DNA of 64,000 nucleotides from Oculina patagonica (Eukaryota): NCBI RefSeq assembly GCF_052425735.1, contig NC_135766.1, positions 20,894,001 to 20,958,000 of the forward strand, read 5' to 3'. Shown piece by piece: positions 1 to 11,600 of this stretch (position 1 is its first letter; each line of letters starts with the position of its first letter). The notes under the pieces were generated by a model. It saw only the letters and a program-made list of their open reading frames with translations, ran no database searches and was not told where the DNA came from. The position numbers and the translations under genes were made by a program.

Positions 1-1074
1 CTCTAAAGAATCTTCAAAAAGTGTTAGAAGCCAACGAAGGAGGCCATGGATTTTTCGTTGGCAAAAAGGTACCATTATGAATTTTCATGATTAGTAACAT
101 TATTATTTTTGTCTCAAAACGCTTCAAGTCAGGTTCAAAATGATAATCCTCCTCACAAATTCTTATTGTTGTGATTGCTTTTGTTGTTAGTTCTGAGATT
201 TTGGTGTGGTTATTCCACAATCAGTGAAGTTATTGACTGACTNNNNNNNNNNNNNNNNNNNNNNNNNNNNNNNNNNNNNNNNNNNNNNNNNNNNNNNNNN
301 NNNNNNNNNNNNNNNNNNNNNNNNNNNNNNNNNNNNNNNNNNNNNNNNNNNNNNNNNNNNNNNNNNNNNNNNNNNNNNNNNNNNNNNNNNNNNNNNNNNN
401 NNNNNNNNNNNNNNNNNNNNNNNNNNNNNNNNNNNNNNNNNNNNNNNNNNNNNNNNNNNNNNNNNNNNNNNNNNNNNNNNNNNNNNNNNNNNNNNNNNNN
501 NNNNNNNNNNNNNNNNNNNNNNNNNNNNNNNNNNNNNNNNNNGACCAACCAACCTACCTACCAACTTCAGGACTGGCATTCTGATTGATTGATTGTTTAA
601 TTGTGGTTGTTTAATTAATTGATTGATTAAATAAGACACCTCCTTAAGTCTTCTCCTTATGAAAGGTTTGACTCTGTTTGACTGACTGACCGACTAACTA
701 ACTGTCTGGCTGGGTAGCTGGGTGGCTGACCTGCCAATTGACCAACCAACCAACTCACTGACTGACTGACTGACTGACTGACTGACTGACTGACTGACTG
801 ACTTATTGATTGATCCAGTGATTGATTGATTGACTATATTATACATGAAAGACTACCTTATGAAAGTTTTGACCCTGTTTTTTTTCTTCCTCAGTTAAGC
901 TATGCAGATATCTCATTTTTTAACTTCATGAACAGCTGGATCGCTAAAGACAAGATCAATGGCTACCCAGCCGAACTGGAAGGTTTCCCTTTGTTACGTG
1001 GACATTACGAGCGCTTCCGAGATATTCCAGCCGTGAAGAAACGTCTGGAAACCAGGCCTGACTCAGTGTTATAA
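1..1074 (+). CDS. Sigma-class glutathione S-transferase A, 3' part only (exon 4 <1-68, exon 5 895-1074)
   Basis: 3-68 reads LKNLQKVLEANEGGHGFFVGKK followed by GT at 69. A polypyrimidine/CAG acceptor at 894 opens LSYADISFFNFMNSWIAK...HYERFRDIPAVKKRLETRPDSVL*. Both match exons 4 and 5 of the paralogs. AATAAA follows at ~1074. Confidence 0.88.
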
Positions 1075-2542
1075 ATAAAGGCCTTGCATGGTTGTTTACT
1101 TGAAAAGTGAACTTACGGTAGCTTTGAATGATAAGTATAGGTAGAATTTTTATAAGAATTGTTTGCTAACTTTGTTATGCAAATAAAATTAAAGAAAGAA
1201 AAAGCATTGCAGTGTTCAAAACTTTCATGTGTGCTGAAAAAACTCAGGGAGGACGCTTACTTTACTCCCCGTCCCCGTCCCCCTACNNNNNNNNNNNNNN
1301 NNNNNNNNNNNNNNNNNNNNNNNNNNNNNNNNNNNNNNNNNNNNNNNNNNNNNNNNNNNNNNNNNNNNNNNNNNNNNNNNNNNNNNNNNNNNNNNNNNNN
1401 NNNNNNNNNNNNNNNNNNNNNNNNNNNNNNNNNNNNNNNNNNNNNNNNNNNNCACTGTTTTTCCATTTTGACAGAAGTCTCGTATTGTGCCTTTGGAACT
1501 TCCCACTTGTCTACACATTTCAACTGTTATCAAGAACATTCGAAAACTGACCAGTATATTTGAAGCTTTTTAGCGCCTCTTGCGAGAGGAGACGAGAGAA
1601 AGAGTCACGCCTCTCGATATATAATGTACCAAGTAATTACAAACAGTAACTTTATTCACCGAAATATTTAAAGTCGTTTTAAACTGGTCCAGATACTAGG
1701 AGCCCTTCGGTGAACACAGCGGTAACCACACCCGCCCCCGGACGAATGAAAATAGACTGAACCATACATACATTCTTTTTTTATATAAGAATACAGTTTT
1801 TCCGACCCAGGCTGAATATTCTTATTTTTCTGCCGATTGTAGGCTGAAAATATTCTTATGAACATTCTTAAAAAATACTGTTTGACATTTCCGTTTTAGC
1901 AAGTATTGGGTAATCAATTACAAGTGTTTGGTGTCCAGATCTGTATCGTGTTTACATTGTGCACGTGTACCATTGCTTTTCGTTGCAGCCTGGCCGTTTT
2001 GGCTTTAAATTAAGCATTCCTCACAGAGACAAAGTGACGGAAATGAAAATTACCTGATTTTGTTTCGACTAAAAACTATATTCTTTTCAAAATCTAAGCT
2101 TCCTGTTTATTCTTAAAGTATTCTTAATAATTCGCAAATTTCAGCCTCGATATTCTTAGAAACTAGATTCTTATAAAATAAAAAGAGTGTAGAACTTAAA
2201 GTAATCAATCTTAGAGACCGTGCAAGTTATGACTTTGGTAATGCTCCCTTCAAAAATACAAAAAATATGCCTATTTTGCTAGCAGTAATAAAAAGTGCAA
2301 AAATTATGCTCGTTATAACAAATTATGCCAAAAATTATGCTAGCACAATAAGGGCCTATCCATCATCAAAAAGAGTTTTACCGTTGTCCCTCCTGACGGA
2401 GGGATGACTTTTTGAAAACTTAAACAGTGTATGAAACTAAAAACAATAACCTTTCTGCAATCATTTTAAAGGTTGTGCCTGAAATTTCCTCGCTTTGATT
2501 TCGTAATTTGATGTAATTACACAAATAATATGACTTTTAATA

Positions 2543-2594
2543 TTGCGTGACATGACATTGCTTCGCACATGCGTGAAACAGTTGTTGACCTCGC
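2543..2594 (+). promoter_or_regulatory. Candidate XRE (TTGCGTG) and two ARE cores (TGACnnnGC) upstream of GST B
   Basis: TTGCGTG at 2543-2549, ATGACATTGC at 2552-2561 and TGACCTCGC at 2586-2594, all 55-106 bp before the ATG. These are short motifs and function is untested. Confidence 0.3.
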
Positions 2595-2648
2595 TTGACT
2601 TAACCGACGCAAAAATAATTTGCTCTGTAAAAAAAATAAGTATTTAAC

Positions 2649-5600
2649 ATGCCCAAATACGTCCTCACTTACTTCAACCTTCGAGGCAGAGCAGAGCCAA
2701 CTCGCATGGTGTTCAAAGTAGCTGGTGTAGAGTTTGAAGACCGTCGTTTAACATTCGAAGAATGGGGTGCAATGAAAGAGAGCATGCAAGCTTGTGAGTA
2801 CACACCTTTTGTGCATGTTAATTGATTTTCTTTAAGGGCGCCGCGGTACAAAATTCGCGCGTTTAACTTTCCGCCGTTTTAATAAAGCGAAATGTTACCC
2901 TATTTCTTTCAAACTAGCTGTAATTACTGGTATGTCAGAGGTTTCATTTCTATATTTCAAACGCGAGCGGCATATCTGCTCTGTCTGCTGATAAATTGAG
3001 TCGCAAGCTAAGACCACCTGGCGTGACCTTTATAAATTATGCTCAAACGTTGTGTCTTTCGACTATCTTTAACTTTTTTAACTTCGATTCCACAGTGTTG
3101 CCAACATTTATTTAAGAAAGGGATTGAAAGAGCTAGATTTCACATACGGTTGGCCGGAGTGTGGGGGTAAAATTACAAAATCCCTGAAATCTTGATTGTT
3201 ATATGAAAATCAATTCCTTTCATTTTGCCGAGTCATTCTTGACTACCTGTCACAAACAGCAAACTTTCGGGCTTTGTATTTGTTCAAGAGGATGTAATTA
3301 AGGACCGAAAAGGGGGGTAGGGGGAGAGGGGAGGGGGGGGGGGAAGTTGCGTCTTTACAAAAGAGAATGGGTTTTCTGGATCGCGTTATGCGCTAAGAAG
3401 GTCCTTCAAAAAATGCGTGGCTCGCAAAATTTTAGTTAAATTTAAGGGGTCTCGTTGTCTCGATTTTTTTTTTTTTTTGACGCCTTCTCGGAGTCTCGAT
3501 TTCTTTTGCAAGGTTAAAAAGGTCTCGGGCTCGCAGAAAATACATCAGTCACAGCGTCTCGCAAAGTCTCGCATTTACCATTCGACCACCCTTTACAACG
3601 TTAGATCGATTTTTATAAACTGCTATAAGAAGTTCCTTCAACAAATGTGTGTCTCCCAAAATTCTAGCCAAATTTTAGGGGCCTCGTCGTCTCGAATTTT
3701 TCTTTAACGCCTTCTCGGAGTCTCGATTTCTTTTGCAAAGCTAAAAAGGTCTCAGGCTCGCAGAAAATATATCAGTCTCGCAACTGAAGTCTCGCATTTA
3801 CCATTCGACACCCCTTTATAACGTTAGATCGATTTTTATAAACTCTGACAACAGAAGCCAGTTTTAAAACATGTTTATTTGCTTGAATTCGACACAACTT
3901 TCAATCACGATCTTATTACATTTAATACTAGGCTGTCATCTAAGATAAGCGAAATTATTTCATTTCAAAAAGCTCACAATATTAAATTGTCTACAAAAAT
4001 CTACACGGTTACAGTCCGTTTAAACTGCCTCGCGAACTTTCAAACGACCGCGGCGTGACCGCGTTTGGAACGCGTGATTCTATTAATGGCGAGGGGCGGG
4101 ATTGTAGGGCAGTTCATTGTTGGACTTCTTGTCGATACAATCGCACATGCATTTGTAAGCACCGCGCATGCAGAAGCCATAGGTATTACCGCTGACTTTC
4201 AGACAGACGTAGAAAAGCCAGTTGCACTTGCGGCAGCAGTCGAAAACTTGCTTGCACACATACTTCTTCTGGACTTTGCCTCCCGGCGGCAGCAAGATGG
4301 CGGCCGCATCCCTGCACAGCACAGGGAAGTTTTCGTAGCTGAGGTATTTGTGCTGGTCCTGATCGAAGAAAAAGAAATAAATAAATATCACTTTTATGTT
4401 TTTAATCTTCTTTATGCCATGCAATACGTGGATTAAGAAAAAAAGACACGCTGACTTAAAGTGATGGCGGAGTGCATTCCGTTTTGTTTTGCCCTTGGAT
4501 TAAATTGACACATATTTTTACACTTACGCTCACGGATCTCCCGGGTGGTGGTGGTGTCGGAATGGGGGAGAAGGAGTGGGGGTTAAGCTGTGACGGACAC
4601 CCTAAATCGCTTCTTACTATACCAACCGGGGTTAAGAGCCGGCAAGGAGAAGCCATCCCGCTCCCTCAATCCCCCCCCCCCCCCACACACACACACACCA
4701 ATAAAAAAAACCTTCCCTTTTATCTACTCAAAATTGTCTTGTACTGGGGAAATTGCATCACCAAAAACAGATAGAAAAGAAAACTAACCAATTAAAAGAA
4801 CACTACTAAAACCGATGATATAAAGAAAATCAAATCTAAGGTTTTTCTTTCAGAAAGCTTTCGCTCAACATTTAACCCTTAATTTAAAGATGTTTTTTCT
4901 CGGCTAATTTGTAGACATGGCAAGTTTAGAGAAAAAATCAAAAATTCGTTATATAGGGCCTTACCCGCACGTCGTGTGGGAGTCGAGCGTAGTGTAGAGT
5001 ATCGCAGACACCATCGCAGTCGCAGTTGTGAGGGTTTGGGTGTACAGCACTATCGTTGTTTTTGTCTTCAACGTTCTCCAGTTGTGCTTCCAGGTTCGCT
5101 GGAACTTCGTCATTCAACGCAGCCATAAGGTCCTCGCGGCGATCGCTACTAAAACCGTGTGTGGACATGATGACCGCAGCGAAAAAACAGAGACTGAACA
5201 GGAACGACTTCATCTTGACAAAGAACGTGTTGAGCTAGCGAGAACGTCGTTCGCCGAAAAAGCAGTTGTGCACTGAAACAGTGGGGTGTGGATAAAAAGC
5301 TTTTATATCACGAAAGCGGAATTTTAATGAATTTTCTGTACGTGTATGTGTTTCTAACATTTCATTCGTTGATTCAAGAGTTTTAATTAGCCTTTGTGTA
5401 GAACTTGAATTTAATTGGCTCATTTCATGATTCATTGCTTCATTCGTACGTGTGTATTGACTTTGATTAAAAAAAAAAAACAAGAAAAAACAAAACTTAA
5501 TTCAGTTTTCTTTTCACAAATTTTCAGTGTTATAACTTAGTTTAGAAGCAAAATAAGTTAAACATTTCGCGAGAATCGTGTAGACTTGTAGTACTATTGT

Positions 5601-8600
5601 TTCCCGAAAACATCTTTTGTGCACGGGAATTTTTCCTGTTTTTAAAAAATGCACTGTTTGCGTCGGTATATAAGTGGGCTGACCCTGCAGAAATGATAGT
5701 TCTATATTTGATGTCCTCTAAATCTTTTAACAATATCAATTAAAAGTTGTGTTCCCTTTTCGTATTCACTGAAGCGAACATTAGATAATTAATATATGCT
5801 GCGTCATTAGTTTTCAGTCTAGCTTTTTAGCGATTACATTGAAATTACCGATTTTCCCTTTCGTCTAAGTCAAATTACGTATACTGTAAGTGAATTAAGA
5901 TTTCTTAACTGAATCTGTGCTATACAAACAAAGTAGCCTTCTAGAGATGTGACTCTAACAAGAAACGAGCATCTCAGATTTTAAAAGTATTGATCAGTGT
6001 TATTTTACTTCAAGGGCTTGACGCAGTAAGACACGTTCTTGAAAGCCAAAGTTCAATGTAGAAAATAAAAACTCTTTTGTTCATAGGAATTTTTCCCGTC
6101 GTCAGTTCGAAAACATCTGTCTGTGTGTGTATGACTCTAAGGACTTTGTTATTAATCGGGCGGGGCCTGGGCCCGATTCATAATCTGCACGGAATTTTTT
6201 TTTTTTTTTTTGTCGGTAAATCGATCCAGACCCACGCGGCCCAGCCGGCTCTTCTGTCACGGTCCACGGTCACGCAAGATTTAATATTTAATAGCGATCA
6301 GCCGATCACTCGCGTTTAACATGAACACTCTGCTCTCTGAAATGTATAATTTTGTTTCATTCCATATTTTACAAGAAAATATAATCACATAGCGAAAACA
6401 AAGACCGCTTGGACATGTCCAAGCTATTTAAAACTACCACTACGTCAGACCCATGTCACGCGATCTCTCGCTTGTAGCTATAAATAATCATTCATCTATT
6501 TTCTGTTTGAATACTCTGCGCTCTTTTGTGTGAACTATTTATTGTTGTGTTACTCAAGCGTTTGGCTCGGAGCGAGTACAAGTCGTACAATTTACCCGGA
6601 ACGTGTTAAATATTGCAAAACGACGACCTATTTTCTGGATATCCCAATTTTTGTTTTGAGTTTACGGTATTTTGAGAATCGAAACGTTATCGAAACGTAA
6701 GTTGCAAGCTCAGCAAGAATGTGTCAAAGCACGGGATACACGTCATCGCGCCAGGGGAATTACCAAAAGCTTGTCGGAAGACGCTAAACGGAGAAACACA
6801 ATGGGATGGCCTTAGTCTACTCTTTATTTTGGCGTGATTTGGCTTTCTTTTAAATGAACTGGTTTGGTTTATTTTATTGAACTCTCGGAACGAAATAAAT
6901 ATTTGCATGCGTAAAAAGGCATTTTTCCGGCTAGGCATGTGGTTTTAAAAAGCAAAAGATGACGTGGTAAAGGAAATTCATGTCACGTTCACTCCGTGAC
7001 TAACGCAAACACGACTTGTGTGTTTCTCAAGTGACTGCTTTTCTAAAGATTTTACTGTGCGGCACCGTGCCTTTAAGCCAAAGCACTGAAAGAGGTCAGG
7101 AGGTCAAACATTACCCGCACGATTATAAACTGCTTGCAGTTCTTGTTAATACTGCAGTGACTCTTTTTTGCATTATATTTGCCAATTAAAGGGACTGTGT
7201 CATAGCTGAGTTATTTGCCAAATCTCGCTATGAAACTTAATGTTTGCAAATAAATTATTTCTATGGATCTAAATGACAAAACCTTAGCTTCATTACAAAC
7301 AATTATGTTTCCCAGGCGTTATAGGTCGTTTAAATTTAAAGTTACAAGGAAACAAGATTAATTTGAAAAACTGTTCAGCCAAACAGTATTTGAAAAACCC
7401 ATATCGCAATCCGTTTCAATCTTCTTCACTTTTAACGCGCTTAATTTTCACCTCTCCCCATTTCCCAGCCCGTACGGAACACGAAAGAGGCCCCTGCGGA
7501 GGAGAGAGCCATCCGTATCTAACTTTGGCTAAAATCCGTGACACAATCTGTCCCTTTAATGTCGATGATTAACAAGAAATAAAATGAAAGGCACTGATAC
7601 ATTAAGCTCTTTGCAATATAGAATAAAATAAGAGCAAAAAACGCATTAGATAGATTCCCTTGCCTTTCATCAGCATAGCAGAGTGTTAAACGATTTGTTT
7701 CATATTCTTGCACGGCAGAGAAAAATTTGTACACGAAAAATCCGCTTTACATGTAAAGTATTACATCTTTGCATTGATTGTGTTTGTTAAAATACGTTGG
7801 ATAGAAGCAAAAATGCCAACAAATAGAAGTGAAAGAATTATAGATTTATATAAGACTTACATAAGAATTATATTAGTTTATAATTATAGACTTTTTCTTT
7901 GCGAAAAGAAAATATTTCTGTACAATGGTATTTTTTCCTTTTTTTTTGCAAGAGTGTTCTGAACAATATTGGCCCTTTAAGAATGATTATTGTATAGGTG
8001 ATATTGCTTCTAAACAGCCTGCGTACTTCGTCAAGGACGGGGCTTTCTTTAATTAGTTTAATTAAAAGTTAAGGATGCGTTAAATTTTCCGCATCCATTG
8101 AAGCGAACATCTAGTCAGATGATTTGTATTCATTGAGTTATTGTTAAATTCGAACTTTCCTGAGCGAAAACCTGCCAAGATAAGAGATTACATTTCAAAT
8201 TACAGTAACTTCAATTCTTTAACTGAACTAACTCTAAACGAAAATTATCGCCTATACTGGAAGTTCGAATATAAGGGCCTGATTACATGAGCCGGGCTGG
8301 CCCGGCTAGCCGGGCTGGCTCGGTTTGCCGAGATCTCGGAACGTCTGTTAAACGCAACAAAAATCAACATCGCGATTACATGACAACCGGGCCAGCCCGG
8401 TTAGCCGAGATCCCGGTATCGCGATGCCGGGATCTCGGCTAGCCGGGATGAAAATTTTCCATGTATCGCGTTCACCGGGCCAGCCCGGCTAAGCGGGCCA
8501 GCATTAAATTTCTCTTCTGAGCACAATCCGACGAAAAAATCAATGCAACTCCTTCTAAATAGGATGTAGAGGTAAAGTAACCCATCCAGATGCATAAGTG

Positions 8601-11600
8601 CAAAAAATTAACCACCAAATAATTTTTTTATTGCCGGAAAAAGGTGATTAAGATCATTCGTGCTCTGATCATTTATGCTAAAACCGGGCTGAAAGTCGTC
8701 TCGGCAAACCGGGCCAGCCCGGCTAACCGGGCTCATGTAATACCGGGCTGAAAGTCATCTCGGCAAACCGAGCCAGCCCGGCTAACCGGGCCAGCCCGGC
8801 TCATGTAATCAGGCCCTAAGAGGGAAAAATGTCAATATTTAAAGGGTGTTATTTTACTTTCAAGAGTTTGGTGCCATGTGGCACGTTCTCGAACGCCAAA
8901 GTTTAACATACAAAGATGTTTTTGTGTAATAGATTTAAACTTCTTTTGTCCATATGGTATTTTTTCCTGTTTCTTTCGAGAGTGATCTGTTAGCGTAAAG
9001 GTGAATGGGCTGGTCTTTTCAAGGACTTTGTTATTGCAAAGACTCTTTTTGCATTCTATATTGATGTAAATGGTTAAAATGAAATTCACTGGCAACAGGA
9101 CAAAAACGCTTAACTATTACAACTTTAATAATACAGAGATTTTCTTTCCTTTCACTTGTCTAGCAACCTTCTGTTTGTTTTATGACTTTTTGCATCCTTG
9201 CACGGTAGAAAAAAGGCTTGGATACATAATTAATCATGCATTATAAATAAAGGCGACTTTTATTAGCTGTGATTACGGATTACATCTCTTTTTTTAATAG
9301 GTTTTTATTCAAGTTACTTCGTTGTACAAGCTAAAGCGGAGAAGACCTGCTAAAATTTTCTAACTGCATTGTGGTTTGCTTTGTCGGAAGTTAGTTTGAT
9401 TAAGACCCGACCGTTATTTAAACTGACTGTTATTTTATTCCTTAGTTTCTGCAAAAGATTAAAATCATCGGACGCTAAATTCAAAAAGGAAAGCAAAGAT
9501 AGAAGGAATTTAAGATGAAATAGCACTGATAAGTTTGAAATAGTCAATGGCGGATTTATTGTTTATAGGGAACCGTCCTTTTTTGCTTTATAGGAGGTTT
9601 TGTTACTTTCATTTGCGTTTCAAAGTTTTTATGTTGAAGTCTTGAAGACCTTGTAGGAAAAAAGGAACTGGATTATAGATTTTCAAGGGAAACTCAACCG
9701 GTATGGTATAGCAATGAAATCAACTCGTATTTCCATGTTAACAAATTTTATTGCAGTCTTCAGGTTATACATCAATTCACTAAAAAAGCTTAGAATATAT
9801 ACTGAGAGCATTCGGCAACTATACAAAGGAAAAATTATGTCAGCTTATTACAACATAACGAAGCGAGCTAAAAGCTGTCAAACCACAGCCAAAAAGAAAA
9901 AAAAAATGTTCCTAAGTTCAAGCCAGTTTATCAAACGAAAAAGTTTATGGTGCGCATCTCGTAAATCACAGCCTAAGCCAGCCACTTTAGCGCACTCGGT
10001 AGTAATTCTCTGGTGGATTGTGCTTCGCCAGACATTTGCACATACACTTGTAATTCTCTCGGTAGCAGTACGACGGGCCTCCGTAGAAATACCTCAGTAG
10101 TGCGAGGCATTTGGCGTACTTAGCGTTGCACGCTCGGCAACAGTCGAACAGGTACAGACAGAGGAACTGACAGCGGTATATGGGCGTCTTTTTGAAAACC
10201 ACTGTGGAGGCCAGCACACAGTTTATGGGTGCGTCTTCGAATAGGTGGAAGCTGGCGTTGTTCTGTTGAAACAAAAAAATTAAGATTTCAGATAACATCC
10301 TTTCAATATTCTTCTTGCACAAGCATGATTCCGTAAATTTGTAATCTTGAAACTGTCTTACAAAATTAAAACCGGCTCAAAAAATTACGGTTAGAGATGA
10401 AATCTTTCATCATGATATCAATATTTCTTTTTGGCCGAGTCAGTCTGTAAAAAGGTGTGGCAATACCTAAAACCTATCAAAGATCGTGGTAATAACATTT
10501 TCCAATCAGCTATATTTTCGTATTACAGTGAGATCTATCTCTCTATGATGTTACCCGGAAAATAAATACCAACAGCAAGATATCATTTAATATTTACCGT
10601 TAGATAACTCGGCACCTCCAGCTTGGAGCATGTCGGCTCGCAGACAGACAAGCATTTTGTAGACTCATCGTTCTGAGGAACAGGCGCTACGTCGGCGGCG
10701 GATTCATCTTCGAGCGTTAGGTCGGTTATTTCGGGCAGAAGTGCTCTGTGCTCGGGACGAAAAAACCTTTTAACGTGCTCCTCAGTGCTAAAGCCGGCAT
10801 CCACCAAGACAATGGCGAGCGAGAAAGTCAAGAGAAAACCGAACGTCTTCATGCTGTGATATTGCAAATAACTGCGTATGTAAAAGCTCGAAGGGGGTTT
10901 TACTGCGCCAAGAGCTTTTCTGCACTGAAAGCCTCGCTTTGTTTAAACGATCTTTTATATTACAAAGACAGGAACTTTTTTGTTATTTATGCAGTACATT
11001 GTCACTTTACGTATTCAACATTAAGTGGGTTATTTTTCATTAAGTGAAATGACGTGGTCTGATGAAAGAAATTAATGAACAATTGATAAAATTATCAAAT
11101 ATAATTGCTGTAATTTAAAAGGCGCCGTCATCGTCGAGTGAAGTGCAGGAAAACAATAACGTTATGACCTTTTAAAAATGTACATCACGTTTGGGCAAAA
11201 CAGGAAAATTCCGTTCCGTTAAACTTTCACTGAGAAAACGTTTTTAAATTCAAAAGTTAAAATAAAAATTTGATATTGTTCGAGGGAAAATTCAAGGAAT
11301 CGAATTTCTAACATTCCTATTTTGAAAATTAAACCAAACCTTTCAGAAACTCGAAAATTAAAGAACTTTATTTAGTAAATCGCAATTATCTGTAGCACTG
11401 CTCCTTTACAGCGCCAACAAGATTTCGATGTAAAATATCTCTTTATAGCTGCAACTTCACTTATTAAGAGAAAGTTCTGTCCTTATTCAACTTCCCTAGC
11501 TATTACTCCAGCAATGCACCCTCCCTTGCGCTTATTCGCTTGTGCCATTTATTTTCCCAGTGCCACCCCCCCCCCCCCCATTTACTCCTGTACACCCCAT

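Noticed and set aside
187-1563. ORFs spanning N runs (also 26435-27323)
   Set aside because: Artefacts of assembly gaps and microsatellites.
4065-4436. Plus-strand 123-aa ORF (also 5028-5276 and 10748-11047)
   Set aside because: Antisense shadows of the Cys-rich precursor exons.
4083-10852. Assigning the nested peptides to SCRiP, ShKT, Kunitz or con-ikot-ikot families
   Set aside because: Cys number and spacing do not match these frameworks as I know them; the resemblance is only partial and needs a profile search.
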